A stretch of 64,000 nt of DNA from NCBI GenBank assembly GCA_040880045.1, contig JBBDJF010000094.1, positions 10,008 through 74,007 on the forward strand, given 5' to 3'. Under the pieces are notes generated by a model. The model searched no databases. It saw only the letters and a list, made by a program, of their open reading frames with translations, and was not told the DNA's origin. The stretch comes from Sneathiella sp. Its GTDB lineage: Bacteria; Pseudomonadota; Alphaproteobacteria; Sneathiellales; Sneathiellaceae. Positions 40,525-52,743 of the stretch are shown one piece after another; positions within the stretch are counted from its first letter, which is position 1, and every line of letters starts with the position of its first letter. The position numbers and the translations under genes were made by a program.

Positions 40525-41118
40525 ATGTATATCCCTCCGCATTTTTCTGTTCCGGGCAAGGAAACACTGGCCCGGCTTTTGCCAACCGCGAGTTTCGCGG
40601 TCGTTGTCTCGACAGACGAAGATGGTTTGCCTATCGCGACCCATCTCCCTTTTTCCTATGACGAAAATCGTGGGGAGAATGGCACCTTGGTCGCCCATAT
40701 GGCCCGGGCCAACCCGCATGGGAAAATTCTGGAGCAAAATGAGGCGCTGGCGATTTTTCTGGGACCGCATGCCTATATCTCGCCAAGCTACTATGCGACG
40801 GATATCAACGTGCCGACATGGAACTATGTCGCGGTGCATGTCTACGGCAGGCCCAAAATAATCGAAGACCCCGTTAAAGTTCGCCACTTGCTGGACAGGC
40901 TGACCCTTGAAAATGAAAAAGGCATGGAAAACTCCTGGCGCGCGGATCAACTGGATGAAAAGCGGTTAAGTGGCCTGATGCGAGGAATAATAGCCTTTGA
41001 AATACCGATAAGCCGGATTGAAGGAAAGGCCAAACTCGGCCAGAACAAGTCTGCCGAGGATCAGGCCGCGGTAACATCGGCTATCGGGACACTTTGGGAT
41101 ATTGCAAAGACGGATTAG
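40525..41118 (+). CDS. PaiB-family (FMN/heme-binding split barrel) protein
   Basis: MYIPPHF, ATHLPF, HMARANP, GPHAYISP, VPTWNY, KLGQNK. Confidence 0.9.
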   Translation: MYIPPHFSVPGKETLARLLPTASFAVVVSTDEDGLPIATHLPFSYDENRGENGTLVAHMARANPHGKILEQNEALAIFLGPHAYISPSYYATDINVPTWNYVAVHVYGRPKIIEDPVKVRHLLDRLTLENEKGMENSWRADQLDEKRLSGLMRGIIAFEIPISRIEGKAKLGQNKSAEDQAAVTSAIGTLWDIAKTD

Positions 41119-42275
41119 CCGGAAATTGCCATTATTTCGGCAACGTCCTCGACCGTTCTTATCGGGCGCGGATTTGCCTGCACCACAGGATGGGTGAGGG
41201 CCGACGACTTGATCTCGGCGATTGCATCTTCGGAAACATCAAGCACGCTTAATTTGTTGGGCAGGCCAAGAGCGCCGATAAATTCCTTCAATGCAGGCGC
41301 TACTTCCGCGGCCGATTTTACATCAAGAACCTTGGCGATACGTGATTGCGCGTCTTCTGTCGCGGGCAGGTTATAGGTTAAGACAGCAGGCAGAAACACG
41401 CAGGACGTGATGCCGTGCGGGACTTTGCCTAACACACCAAGCAAGTACCCGAGGCCATGGCTTGCGCCCATTCGGTATCGGGATATTCCTGCCGTTGAAT
41501 AATAGACGCCAAGCTGACTGCTTTCCCGGTGAATAAGGCTGTCGGGGTCTTTTCGGGTTCCCATCATGCCCTGATAAAGTAATCCAAGGCCGTTTGCACA
41601 GAATTCAGCACTTTCATGATCAACCCCCGGCGCGCAAATTGTCTCTACTGCGTGGTCAACGGCGCGAATGCCTGTGGAAAGCCAGAGCTTTTCGGGCGTG
41701 TGTTTGCTGAGCGGAGCGCAAAGAATTATATTATCCGGAAGCAGGAAGGCATGGGAAAAGCCAGTTTTTCTGCCGGTAATGCTGCTGGTGGCTCCGGCGA
41801 TTGGTGTAAACTCAGCACCGGAGAGCGTTGTTGGAACGGCGATATGTTGAATAGGCCAGGAGTCGATATTTTTTGTCTTTCCCAGAGAGCCGGTAAGTTC
41901 TTCGAGTGCTTCGGCGGTCTCAATCTGTAAATTGGCCGCGAGTAACGCGATTTTTCCACCGTCAATAACGCTTCCCCCACCAACTGACAGCAGATGCGTC
42001 GCCTTGCTGGTTGTAATTTCATCGGCAAGCTTGAACACCTTGTCATAAGGTGTATGTTCAGTCAGAACACTGACTGCGCCAATGACTTGGCCGTGTAGCT
42101 GCTTTTGCAGTTCTTCAGCGATGGAAGAGTTGGCCATCAGCGAGCGGGAAATGGAGATCAGAATACGCGGATTATCCGATCCCGCAGTTAATTGTGAGAC
42201 CGCAGCGACAATATCATCGTTGATTAAAATACGCTTCTTTATGTTGGCCATATCCGGAAATGCGGGTGCAGTCAT
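41115..42275 (-). CDS. Iron-containing alcohol dehydrogenase / maleylacetate reductase-like protein
   Basis: GGGSVIDGGK, PTTLSGAE, DHAVE, SHGLG…VPHG, NPRPI. Confidence 0.85.
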   Translation of the reverse strand: MTAPAFPDMANIKKRILINDDIVAAVSQLTAGSDNPRILISISRSLMANSSIAEELQKQLHGQVIGAVSVLTEHTPYDKVFKLADEITTSKATHLLSVGGGSVIDGGKIALLAANLQIETAEALEELTGSLGKTKNIDSWPIQHIAVPTTLSGAEFTPIAGATSSITGRKTGFSHAFLLPDNIILCAPLSKHTPEKLWLSTGIRAVDHAVETICAPGVDHESAEFCANGLGLLYQGMMGTRKDPDSLIHRESSQLGVYYSTAGISRYRMGASHGLGYLLGVLGKVPHGITSCVFLPAVLTYNLPATEDAQSRIAKVLDVKSAAEVAPALKEFIGALGLPNKLSVLDVSEDAIAEIKSSALTHPVVQANPRPIRTVEDVAEIMAISG

Positions 42276-42340
42276 TTTTCATACCCTTTTGCTGCCTGCC
42301 AAGACTATAGCCAGACCTGCCATAAAAGGAAATGACAGTT

Positions 42341-43471
42341 TCAGGCGCTCTTTGGGCGGCCCTTAAGATAATCTTCAGAGCGCATCTCCATCAAGCGAGA
42401 GATGGTGCGGGCAAATTCAAAGCTGCCGTCGCCCTCTGGATAAAGCCCTTCTGCCGGAACTTCGGCGGAAATCACCAGATTGGCTTTTGCTTCATAAAGG
42501 ATATCGATGAGCGTCACGAAACGCTTGGATTCATTCCGGCGTTCTGGTGTCAATCTAGGAACATCTTCTAGAAGTATTGTATGAAAATGTTCGGCTAAGG
42601 TCAGATAATCAGATGCACCAAGTGCCTGCGCGCAAAGTTCATCAAAAGAAAGGCGGGCAACGCCGCGGGCAGCTCTGTCGACCGTTAGCTCGCGACCCTG
42701 TGTCGTCAGGGTTTGCGGGGCGGATTTATGGCCTTCTGTCAGTTCCTGGAAAATGCGATCCATCTCGGATGCGGCGTGATCATCCAGCGGTGAGAAATAC
42801 ACCGGGTGTTCCGCCAATCGCTCTAGTCGGTAATCCCGTCCCCCGTCAAGATGCAGGATATCCAGCTGCTCTTTCAACATTGTAATAAAGGGCAGGAAGA
42901 GCTGCCGGTTGAGGCCGTCCTTGTATAGATCATCCGGAACCCGGTTTGAAGTCGCGACCACAACAATCCCGCGTTCGAACAAAAACTCGAACAGGCGGCC
43001 CAGGATCATGGCATCGGCGACATCCGTCACCTGAAACTCGTCAAAGCACAGCAGCCACGCCGTTTTGGTAATAGAATCTGCGAGCGCGACAACCGGGTCT
43101 TCGGTATCCTTGTCTACTTTTCGTCGCTGTTGATGCAGGAATGCATGAACTTCCAGCATGAAGGCATGAAAATGCACCCGTCTTTTATGTGCGACGGGTG
43201 CGGTTTCGAAAAAGAGATCCATTAACATGGATTTCCCGCGCCCGACATCACCATAGATATACAGGCCCTGCGGCGGTTCAACGCGGGGTTTGCGAGGGCC
43301 GAGCCGGAAGAACTGCGTCCATTTTGCACTCGTTCCCGGATCATAGTTGATAAGCCGCCGATGCAGGGTTTGCAGTTTCTCGATTGCCAGACGCTGTATC
43401 GGGTCAGGTTGCAACTCGTTTTGTGAGAGCAGTTTGCGGTAGGCGTCGAGTGGGCCGGTTACATCAGTCAT
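42341..43471 (-). CDS. zapE: Cell division ATPase ZapE (AFG1 family)
   Basis: GLYIYGDVGRGKSMLMD, RVHFHAFM, LCFDEF, TSNRVP.DLY, RTISRLMEM. Confidence 0.95.
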   Translation of the reverse strand: MTDVTGPLDAYRKLLSQNELQPDPIQRLAIEKLQTLHRRLINYDPGTSAKWTQFFRLGPRKPRVEPPQGLYIYGDVGRGKSMLMDLFFETAPVAHKRRVHFHAFMLEVHAFLHQQRRKVDKDTEDPVVALADSITKTAWLLCFDEFQVTDVADAMILGRLFEFLFERGIVVVATSNRVPDDLYKDGLNRQLFLPFITMLKEQLDILHLDGGRDYRLERLAEHPVYFSPLDDHAASEMDRIFQELTEGHKSAPQTLTTQGRELTVDRAARGVARLSFDELCAQALGASDYLTLAEHFHTILLEDVPRLTPERRNESKRFVTLIDILYEAKANLVISAEVPAEGLYPEGDGSFEFARTISRLMEMRSEDYLKGRPKSA

Positions 43472-43575
43472 GAAAGCGAGGGAACTTTATTATTAATCCG
43501 GGCGTCGGGATTGGCGCCTGATTTTGATCTGTATAGACATGATCCGGTTCTTGCAACGGCCAGTCTGGTTTTTGA

Positions 43576-44790
<1,215 letters not shown>

Positions 44791-44802
44791 GGCGCAAAAT
44801 GG

Positions 44803-44837
44803 AAGGGCACAACAATTAAGCGGTTGTGCCCTTTTTT
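44803..44837 (+). terminator. Intrinsic terminator between mdh and sucC
   Basis: AAGGGCACAAC-N9-GTTGTGCCCTT followed by TTTT. Confidence 0.8.
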
Positions 44838-44927
44838 GCGGTGCTATACCGTACGGATTGAAAATTTGGCGAAGATGCATAATCGACGTAAATCCATGTC
44901 TCTGAATAGCAACTATAACGGAATACA

Positions 44928-46097
44928 ATGAATATTCATGAATATCAGGCAAAGAGCCTGCTCGCTAAATATGGTGTGACGGTGCCCAAGGGTGGCGTCG
45001 CCTATACCTCGGAAGAAGCCAAGTCAGTTGCACAGGAACTCGGCGGACCGGTTTGGGTGGTGAAGGCCCAGATTCATGCTGGCGGGCGCGGCAAGGGCGG
45101 CGGAGTGAAGATCGTCAAATCCACGGAGGAAGTGCGGGCGACCGCAAAGTCCATGATCGGAATGCAGTTGATTACGCACCAGACCGGACCGGAAGGCAAG
45201 GAAGTCAAGCGCGTCTATATTGAAGAAGGGTGCGATATCGCGCGGGAGCTTTATCTGGGAGCGATTATCGATCGCGCCAAGGATTGCGTAACATTCATGG
45301 CCTCGACCGAAGGCGGTATGGAAATTGAGGAAGTCGCGGCGGAAACACCGGAAAAAATCCTGATGGTCAGCATTGACCCGGCAACCGGTATCATGCCGTT
45401 TCACGCTCGGAAAATTGCGTTCGGTCTCGGCCTTGAAGGTAAGCAGGTCGGAGCGGCCGTTAAGTTTATCCTGGCGCTGTATCGGGCAATTATCGACACC
45501 GACGCGAGTCTTGTTGAAATCAACCCCCTCGTGATTACGGGAAGCGGCAATGTCATCGCGCTGGACGCGAAAATGAATTTCGATGACAACGCGCTGTTCC
45601 GTCACAAGGAAATCGCCGAATTGCGGGACCCGGATGAAGAAGATCCGGCCGAGCTTGAAGCGGCGCAATATGATCTCAACTATATCAAGCTTGATGGCAA
45701 TATCGGTTGCATGGTGAATGGCGCAGGCCTCGCCATGGCGACGATGGATATCATCCAGCTTAACGGCGGCACGCCGGCTAACTTCCTTGATGTTGGGGGC
45801 GGGGCGACCAAGGAAAAAGTCACGGAAGCTTTCAAGATTATCCTGAAGGACGAAAATGTCGAAGGTATCCTTGTGAATATCTTCGGCGGCATTATGCGTT
45901 GCGACGTGATCGCCGAGGGCGTGGTCGCTGCGGCCAAGGAAGTCGCACTCAGTGTTCCACTGGTCGTTCGGCTTGAAGGGACCAATGTGGATTTGGGTAA
46001 GAAAATTCTTTCAGAATCGGGCCTGCCTATTCTGTCGGCGGATGATCTTGGCGATGCCGCAGAAAAAATTGTTAAAGCAGTGAAGGAGGCAGCGTAA
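44928..46097 (+). CDS. sucC: Succinyl-CoA synthetase beta subunit
   Basis: [39 protein letters not shown]. Confidence 0.98.
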   Translation: MNIHEYQAKSLLAKYGVTVPKGGVAYTSEEAKSVAQELGGPVWVVKAQIHAGGRGKGGGVKIVKSTEEVRATAKSMIGMQLITHQTGPEGKEVKRVYIEEGCDIARELYLGAIIDRAKDCVTFMASTEGGMEIEEVAAETPEKILMVSIDPATGIMPFHARKIAFGLGLEGKQVGAAVKFILALYRAIIDTDASLVEINPLVITGSGNVIALDAKMNFDDNALFRHKEIAELRDPDEEDPAELEAAQYDLNYIKLDGNIGCMVNGAGLAMATMDIIQLNGGTPANFLDVGGGATKEKVTEAFKIILKDENVEGILVNIFGGIMRCDVIAEGVVAAAKEVALSVPLVVRLEGTNVDLGKKILSESGLPILSADDLGDAAEKIVKAVKEAA

Positions 46098-46972
46098 TGG
46101 CCGTTCTCGTAAATAAGGACACAAAGGTCATCTGTCAGGGTTTCACGGGCTCACAGGGGACATTCCATTCCGAACAGGCAATAGCCTATGGCACAAAGAT
46201 GGTCGGTGGTGTGACGCCGGGCAAGGGCGGAGAAAAGCATCTCGACCTTCCGATTTTCAATACGGTTGGCGAAGCAAGATCTGTGACCGGTGCCAACGCG
46301 AGCGTGATTTATGTCCCGCCGCCCTTCGCCGCAGACGCTATTCTTGAAGCAATTGATGCTGAAATTGAACTGATTGTCTGCATCACCGAGGGGATTCCGG
46401 TTCTTGACATGGTGCGGGTCAAGCGGGCGCTGAAAAACAGCGGTTCCCGTCTCATTGGCCCGAACTGTCCCGGCATTATCACGCCGGATGAATGCAAGAT
46501 CGGTATTATGCCCGGACATATCCATCGTCGTGGCAATGTCGGCATTGTTTCTCGCTCCGGCACACTTACCTATGAAGCAGTGGCGCAAACAACAGCGGCA
46601 GGCCTTGGCCAGTCAACCTGTATCGGTATTGGTGGCGATCCGGTCAATGGTACCAACTTTATTGATTGCCTTGACCTGTTCCTCGGTGATGATGAAACAG
46701 AGTCAATTATCATGATCGGGGAAATTGGCGGATCGGCGGAAGAGGAAGCGGCCGAATTCCTCAAAGCCTCGAAAACGAAGAAGCCGGTGGTCGGGTTCAT
46801 TGCGGGCGTTACCGCTCCTCCAGGTCGGCGTATGGGCCATGCCGGTGCAATTATTTCCGGTGGCAAGGGTGGCGCGGAAGATAAAATGGATGCCATGCGG
46901 AGCGCCGGGATCACGGTTTCCGACAGTCCGTCTGCTCTGGGGTCGACGTTGGTAAGAGTTTTGAAAGGTTGA
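46097..46972 (+). CDS. sucD: Succinyl-CoA synthetase alpha subunit
   Basis: [27 protein letters not shown]. Confidence 0.98.
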   Translation: MAVLVNKDTKVICQGFTGSQGTFHSEQAIAYGTKMVGGVTPGKGGEKHLDLPIFNTVGEARSVTGANASVIYVPPPFAADAILEAIDAEIELIVCITEGIPVLDMVRVKRALKNSGSRLIGPNCPGIITPDECKIGIMPGHIHRRGNVGIVSRSGTLTYEAVAQTTAAGLGQSTCIGIGGDPVNGTNFIDCLDLFLGDDETESIIMIGEIGGSAEEEAAEFLKASKTKKPVVGFIAGVTAPPGRRMGHAGAIISGGKGGAEDKMDAMRSAGITVSDSPSALGSTLVRVLKG

Positions 46973-47043
46973 CGAGTTAGAGTTAACCATTAATTTTACA
47001 TTGGCTCTAAAGGAGGCGGGGCTGTCCCGCCCAATTACTTATA

Positions 47044-49932
47044 ATGTCTCAACAACTGGATAATTCTTCTTTCCTCTTTGGATCCAACACCGGATTTATG
47101 GAGAACCTATACGCGCGCTATCTAGATGATCCCACCTCCGTCGACGACAGCTGGCGCCAGTATTTCCAATCCCTTGGCGATGATGCGGAAACAGTCGTTG
47201 CGGAAACCCGCGGCGCTCCCTGGGCACCGTCGAATGGACTTGAACCCGAGGACGAATATGGAATTCTCGGCGATGCGGCCAACCGGGCAACGGAACAGGC
47301 GGTAAAAGCCGGTGCGCCGCAACAGGACGTCCGGGCGGCGGCGATTGATACGATCCGAGCATTGATGTTGATACGATCCTACCGCGTGCGGGGGCATCTG
47401 AAAGCTAATCTCGATCCGCTTGGCCTTGAAATCCCGAAAGAACATCCGGAGCTTAACCCTGCGACATACGGGTTTACGGAAAAAGACTGGGATCGACAGA
47501 TTTTCCTCGACAACGTACTTGGGCTTGAAACAGGCAGCATTCGTGAAATTCTCGCTATCGTGAAGCGAACCTATTGTTCGACCATCGGTGTTGAGTTCAT
47601 GCATATACAGGAGCCTGACCAGAAAGCCTGGATACAGGAGCGGATTGAAGGTCGTCATAAAGAGATATCCTTCACCAAGAGAGGCAAAATTGCCATCCTG
47701 AGTAAGCTGATCGAAACCGAGGGGTTCGAGCATTTTCTCAATGTCAAATACACCGGCACGAAGCGATTTGGCCTTGATGGCGGGGAATCTCTCATTCCCG
47801 CAATGGAAGGCATAATCAAGCGCGGCGGTCAACTGGGAGTCCAGGAAATTGTTCTTGGAATGCCCCATCGTGGCCGCCTCAATGTGTTGACAAATGTCAT
47901 GGCCAAGCCCTTCCGGGCAGTTTTTTCGGAATTCCAGGGAACGCCGGCAAATCCGGAAGATGTTGAAGGCTCGGGCGACGTTAAATATCACCTGGGAACG
48001 TCATCAGACCGGGAATTCGACGGTAATAAAGTACATTTGTCACTGACGGCAAACCCCTCCCATCTGGAGGCGGTAAATCCTGTTGTGTTAGGGAAGGCGC
48101 GCGCAAAACAAACACAGATCGGTCCGGATGTCGGCGGCAAGGTGATGCCGCTTCTGATGCATGGGGATGCCGCATTTGCGGGGCAGGGAATTGTTGCGGA
48201 ATGCTTCGGCCTCTCAGAACTGAAAGGCTATCGTACGTCCGGCACCATTCATTTCGTTGTCAATAACCAGATCGGCTTTACCACCAGTCCGAAATATTCC
48301 CGCTCTAGTCCCTATCCATCGGATGTGGGCAAGATGGTCCAGGCGCCGATCTTCCACGTTAATGGCGACGATCCAGAGGCTGTCTGCCATGTAGCAAAAA
48401 TCGCGACGGAGTTCCGGCAGCTCTTCCAGATCGATGTTATTATCGATATGTTCTGCTATCGCCGTCATGGTCATAATGAGGGAGATGAGCCGGCCTTCAC
48501 TCAGCCATTGATGTACCGGACGATTGCGCAACATCCGACGACCATGCAGATATATGCCAAGAAGCTGATTGCGGAGGGCGTGCTCACAGAGAAAGAAGTC
48601 GAAGGACTGATCGCGGATTTCAAGGATTATCTCGAAAAGCAGTTTGAGACGGCTAAAAGCTACAAACCCAATAAAGCGGATTGGTTTGAAGGGCGCTGGC
48701 TGGGGTTCGAGCGTGCCGATGAAGGCGCACGCCGCGGAACAACGGCCGTGTCACTTGATGAGTTGAAGGCAATCGGCGCGAAACTCACGGATATTCCGAA
48801 AAGTCATAATGTGCATCGGACGCTTCAGCGGGTGCTGAAGGCCAAGAAGAAGATGATCGATACCGGAGAAAACATTGATTGGGCAACCGCAGAGGCGCTC
48901 GCGTTCGGATCGCTGTTGAAGGAAAAAGTTCCGGTCCGCCTGTCAGGGCAGGATTGTGGTCGCGGCACCTTCTCCCAACGTCATTCGGTCATCGTTGATC
49001 AGGTTACCGAAGATCGCTATGTCCCGCTTGATAATCTTGGTGGGGAGCAGGCGCGGTTTGAAGTTATTGACAGTCTGTTGTCCGAAGCGGCGGTCCTCGG
49101 GTATGAGTACGGCTATACGCTGGCGGAGCCGAACGCTCTGGTCCTTTGGGAAGCGCAATTCGGTGATTTCGCCAATGGGGCGCAGGTTATTATTGACCAG
49201 TTCATTTCCAGCGGTGAATCAAAATGGCTCCGGATGAGCGGTTTGGTCATGCTTCTTCCGCATGGCTATGAAGGTCAGGGGCCGGAACATTCATCTGCCC
49301 GGCTTGAACGATATTTGCAACAGTCCGCTGAAGACAACTGGCAAATTGTTAACTGCACAACACCGGCAAACTATTTTCATGCTTTGCGTCGCCAGATACA
49401 TCGCAAGTTCCGCAAGCCACTTGTTGTGATGACTCCGAAATCTCTCCTGCGGCACAAGCAGGCCGTATCGACATTGGCAGATATGGCGGAGGGATCAACC
49501 TTCCACCGCGTTCTATATGATAACACTAAGTTATGTGCGGACAAGGATGTAAAACGCGTCGTTCTGTGCTCCGGCAAAGTCTATTATGACCTCTACGCCC
49601 GGCGCGAGGAATTGAAACAGAAGGATACATATTTCCTCCGCCTTGAACAGCTTTACCCGTTCCCTTACCAGGCTCTGGAAGAGGAAATGAAGAATTTCCG
49701 GCATGTCGAGGAAGTTGTCTGGTGCCAGGAGGAGCCCAGGAATATGGGCGCCTGGACTTTTGTCGAACCACATCTGGAAAAGGTCTTTGAGAATTTGAAA
49801 ATGAAGAAAGTCAAACGTCCCAGATATGCAGGCCGTATCGAATCCGCGTCAACGGCTACGGGGCTTCTAAAAAAGCATATTCTTCAGCAAAACGCATTGG
49901 TAGATGACGCGCTCGGTGTCAAATCGGAATAG
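47044..49932 (+). CDS. sucA: 2-oxoglutarate dehydrogenase E1
   Basis: KRFGLDGGE, GDVKYHLG, HGDAAFAGQG, WEAQFGDFANGAQ. Confidence 0.98.
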   Translation: MSQQLDNSSFLFGSNTGFMENLYARYLDDPTSVDDSWRQYFQSLGDDAETVVAETRGAPWAPSNGLEPEDEYGILGDAANRATEQAVKAGAPQQDVRAAAIDTIRALMLIRSYRVRGHLKANLDPLGLEIPKEHPELNPATYGFTEKDWDRQIFLDNVLGLETGSIREILAIVKRTYCSTIGVEFMHIQEPDQKAWIQERIEGRHKEISFTKRGKIAILSKLIETEGFEHFLNVKYTGTKRFGLDGGESLIPAMEGIIKRGGQLGVQEIVLGMPHRGRLNVLTNVMAKPFRAVFSEFQGTPANPEDVEGSGDVKYHLGTSSDREFDGNKVHLSLTANPSHLEAVNPVVLGKARAKQTQIGPDVGGKVMPLLMHGDAAFAGQGIVAECFGLSELKGYRTSGTIHFVVNNQIGFTTSPKYSRSSPYPSDVGKMVQAPIFHVNGDDPEAVCHVAKIATEFRQLFQIDVIIDMFCYRRHGHNEGDEPAFTQPLMYRTIAQHPTTMQIYAKKLIAEGVLTEKEVEGLIADFKDYLEKQFETAKSYKPNKADWFEGRWLGFERADEGARRGTTAVSLDELKAIGAKLTDIPKSHNVHRTLQRVLKAKKKMIDTGENIDWATAEALAFGSLLKEKVPVRLSGQDCGRGTFSQRHSVIVDQVTEDRYVPLDNLGGEQARFEVIDSLLSEAAVLGYEYGYTLAEPNALVLWEAQFGDFANGAQVIIDQFISSGESKWLRMSGLVMLLPHGYEGQGPEHSSARLERYLQQSAEDNWQIVNCTTPANYFHALRRQIHRKFRKPLVVMTPKSLLRHKQAVSTLADMAEGSTFHRVLYDNTKLCADKDVKRVVLCSGKVYYDLYARREELKQKDTYFLRLEQLYPFPYQALEEEMKNFRHVEEVVWCQEEPRNMGAWTFVEPHLEKVFENLKMKKVKRPRYAGRIESASTATGLLKKHILQQNALVDDALGVKSE

Positions 49933-49943
49933 GATAAGTCAAG

Positions 49944-51227
49944 ATGACGGTTGAAATACGCGTCCCCGTACTCGGGGAATCTGTAACTGAAGCAACAGTC
50001 GGGCAGTGGTTCAAGAACGTCGGCGATGCCGTCGAGAAGGACGAACCACTACTGGAGCTGGAAACCGATAAAGTCACCCTTGAAGTGAACGCGACAGAAG
50101 CAGGTCGACTTGATGAAATTCTCGTCGCTGAAGGTGAGGATGTAGAAGTCGGTGCGCTGCTTGGGCATTTAGCCGAAGGCGCAGGAGGCGCTGCCTCCAA
50201 ATCTGCAAAAGAAGAGCCAAAGGAAAAACCAGAACCAGCGGCGGAAACTGAACCGGAGCCGGAAACCAAATCCGAGAAATCCGATGAGTCCGCGCCAGCA
50301 TCTTCGTCGGTGAAGGCGCTGCCGGCCGCGCAGAAGCTGATTGATGAAAAAGAACTCGATGCCAGTAATATCACCGGCACGGGCAAGGATGGACGGATCA
50401 CCAAGGGCGATGTTCTGGAAGCCCTCGAAAATGGAAGTAAGTCGCAAGCCGCGTCGACCCCGGCGGAAACGCCGAAGCCCGCCGCCACTTCTACGCCCGC
50501 CGCACCTTCCGGCCCACGTGCTGATGAAGAACGCGAAGAGCGGGTAAAAATGTCCCGCCTTCGCAAAAGTATTGCCGTCAGGCTAAAGGAAGCCCAGAAC
50601 ACAGCGGCGATGCTCACCACCTATAATGAGGTGGACATGACAGCAATGCTGGATCTCCGGGCGGAATATAAGGACCTGTTTCTCAAAAAGCATGGTGTGA
50701 AACTGGGCTTCATGTCCTTCTTTACCAAGGCTTGTATCGCGGCCCTTCAGGAAACCCCGGCGGTCAATGCGGAAATTGATGGCGACGATCTGATTTACAA
50801 GAATTACTACAATATGGGCATCGCGGTCGGCACGGATTCCGGCCTTGTGGTACCGGTTTTGCGCGATGCGGACAAGCTCGGGTTTGCGGATGTTGAAAAA
50901 GGTATTGCGGAACTCGGCAAGAAAGCCCGTGACGGTAAACTCAGCATGGCCGATATGCAGGGCGGCACCTTCACGATCACAAACGGAGGTGTTTACGGTT
51001 CCCTGATGTCGTCGCCAATCCTGAATCCGCCGCAAGCTGCTGTTCTCGGGATGCACAAGATCCAGGAACGACCAATGGTTATCAAGGGTGAAATAAAGAT
51101 CCGCCCGATGATGTATCTGGCGCTGACATATGATCACCGGATCATCGACGGCAAGGAAGCTGTGACGTTCCTGGTTCGTGTAAAAGACGCTCTGGAAGAT
51201 CCGCAACGGCTGCTGCTGGATCTTTGA
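49944..51227 (+). CDS. sucB: Dihydrolipoamide succinyltransferase E2
   Basis: Lipoyl motif [23 protein letters not shown]. Confidence 0.98.
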   Translation: MTVEIRVPVLGESVTEATVGQWFKNVGDAVEKDEPLLELETDKVTLEVNATEAGRLDEILVAEGEDVEVGALLGHLAEGAGGAASKSAKEEPKEKPEPAAETEPEPETKSEKSDESAPASSSVKALPAAQKLIDEKELDASNITGTGKDGRITKGDVLEALENGSKSQAASTPAETPKPAATSTPAAPSGPRADEEREERVKMSRLRKSIAVRLKEAQNTAAMLTTYNEVDMTAMLDLRAEYKDLFLKKHGVKLGFMSFFTKACIAALQETPAVNAEIDGDDLIYKNYYNMGIAVGTDSGLVVPVLRDADKLGFADVEKGIAELGKKARDGKLSMADMQGGTFTITNGGVYGSLMSSPILNPPQAAVLGMHKIQERPMVIKGEIKIRPMMYLALTYDHRIIDGKEAVTFLVRVKDALEDPQRLLLDL

Positions 51228-51254
51228 TCATTCCAATTTGAAACGAGGCATAAA

Positions 51255-52658
51255 ATGAGCGACGAAACTTTCGATCTTGTCGTGGTGGGTGGCGGCCCGG
51301 GCGGCTATACGGCTGCAATTCGCGCGGCTCAGCTTGGCATGAAGACGGCCTGCGTTGAAAAGCGTGGAAAACTGGGCGGTGTTTGTCTTAATATCGGCTG
51401 CATTCCTTCAAAAGCGCTGCTGCAATCGTCTGAGCTTTTTGAAGAGGCGCAGCATAGCTTCGAAGATCGAGGTATTTCGACGGGCACGCTCAAGCTTGAT
51501 CTGAAGAAGATGATGGGGCAGAAGGATGCTACCGTCGAAGGTTTGACGCAGGGTATCGAGTTTCTATTCAAGAAAAACAAGATGACTTATGTCAAAGGCA
51601 TGGCCAGCCTTCAAGGCGATGGTCGTGTTGAAGTGAATGGGGATAATCCACAAACTCTGAAAGCGAAAAACATTCTGATTGCCACCGGTTCTGACGTGAT
51701 GCCGCTTCCGAATGTGGAAGTTGATGAAAAGCAGATCGTGTCCTCAACCGGAGCACTTGAGCTTCCTAAAGTGCCGAAAAAGCTGGTTGTTATTGGCGCG
51801 GGCGTTATCGGGCTTGAGCTTGGTACGGTCTGGCGGCGACTTGGGGCCGAGGTGACGATTGTTGAGTTTCTCGACCGGATCCTTCCCGGAACGGATAACG
51901 AGATTGCAAAGGCCACGCAGCGGATTATGAAAAAGCAGGGCATTAATTTTATGCTCGGCAAGAAGGTTACAGGTGCGAAAAAGACTAAGACGAGCGTCAC
52001 ACTGACCATGGAACCGGCAAAAGGTGGTGAGGAGGAAACGCTCAAGGCCGATGTGGTTCTGGTCTCGATCGGGCGTCGCCCCTATACGGAAGGGCTGGGC
52101 CTTGAAGACCTTGGTGTCGAAACAGATAAAGCGGGCCGCATAGTCGTGGACAATAATTTCAAGTCCAGTGTTGAGGGTGTCTATGCCGTTGGCGATGTTA
52201 TCGAGGGACCGATGCTCGCGCATAAAGCCGAAGATGAGGGGGTTGTCTGTGTCGAGAAGCTGGCCGGACAGAAACCACATATCAATTACGATACTATTCC
52301 GAGCGTAATCTACACTTGGCCGGAAGTTGCCACAGTCGGTAAAACCGAGGAGCAGCTGAAAGAAGCAGGCATCGAGTATAATGTTGGCAAGGTCCCCTTC
52401 ATGGCCAACAGTCGCGCCCGCGCGAACGGGTTTACGGACGGCTTTGTTAAAATATTGGCGGACAAGAAATCGGATAAGATTCTTGGTGTCCATATTATCG
52501 GGCCGGACGCAGGTACGATTATTCATGAATGTGTGGTGGCGATGGAGTTCGGCGCCTCAGCTGAGGATATAGCCCGCACCTGCCATGCCCATCCGACACT
52601 GAACGAGGCGGTGAAGGAAGCCGCCCTTGCTGTGGCGGGGCGTACAATAAACAGTTGA
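51255..52658 (+). CDS. lpdA: Dihydrolipoamide dehydrogenase E3
   Basis: GGGPGGY, GGVCLNIGCIPSK, HAHPTLNE. Confidence 0.98.
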   Translation: MSDETFDLVVVGGGPGGYTAAIRAAQLGMKTACVEKRGKLGGVCLNIGCIPSKALLQSSELFEEAQHSFEDRGISTGTLKLDLKKMMGQKDATVEGLTQGIEFLFKKNKMTYVKGMASLQGDGRVEVNGDNPQTLKAKNILIATGSDVMPLPNVEVDEKQIVSSTGALELPKVPKKLVVIGAGVIGLELGTVWRRLGAEVTIVEFLDRILPGTDNEIAKATQRIMKKQGINFMLGKKVTGAKKTKTSVTLTMEPAKGGEEETLKADVVLVSIGRRPYTEGLGLEDLGVETDKAGRIVVDNNFKSSVEGVYAVGDVIEGPMLAHKAEDEGVVCVEKLAGQKPHINYDTIPSVIYTWPEVATVGKTEEQLKEAGIEYNVGKVPFMANSRARANGFTDGFVKILADKKSDKILGVHIIGPDAGTIIHECVVAMEFGASAEDIARTCHAHPTLNEAVKEAALAVAGRTINS

Positions 52659-52684
52659 CGTTTTTCGCATAAAACTACCAGAAT

Positions 52685-52715
52685 GAGGGGCAGGAAAATT
52701 CCGCCCCTCTTTTTT
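52685..52715 (+). terminator. Intrinsic terminator after lpdA
   Basis: GAGGGGC…GGAA-AA-TTCC-GCCCCTC followed by a T-run. Confidence 0.75.
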
Positions 52716-52743
52716 ATACGGCCAGATCCCCAAAGGAGACGTT

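Noticed and set aside
40525-41118. PaiB homolog as an N-N bond-forming piperazate synthase
   Set aside because: No ornithine N-hydroxylase or NRPS nearby; the motifs are those of generic PaiB.
46983-46990. TTAACCAT CtrA half-site upstream of sucA
   Set aside because: No partner half-site at N7; short AT-rich spacer, so likely chance.
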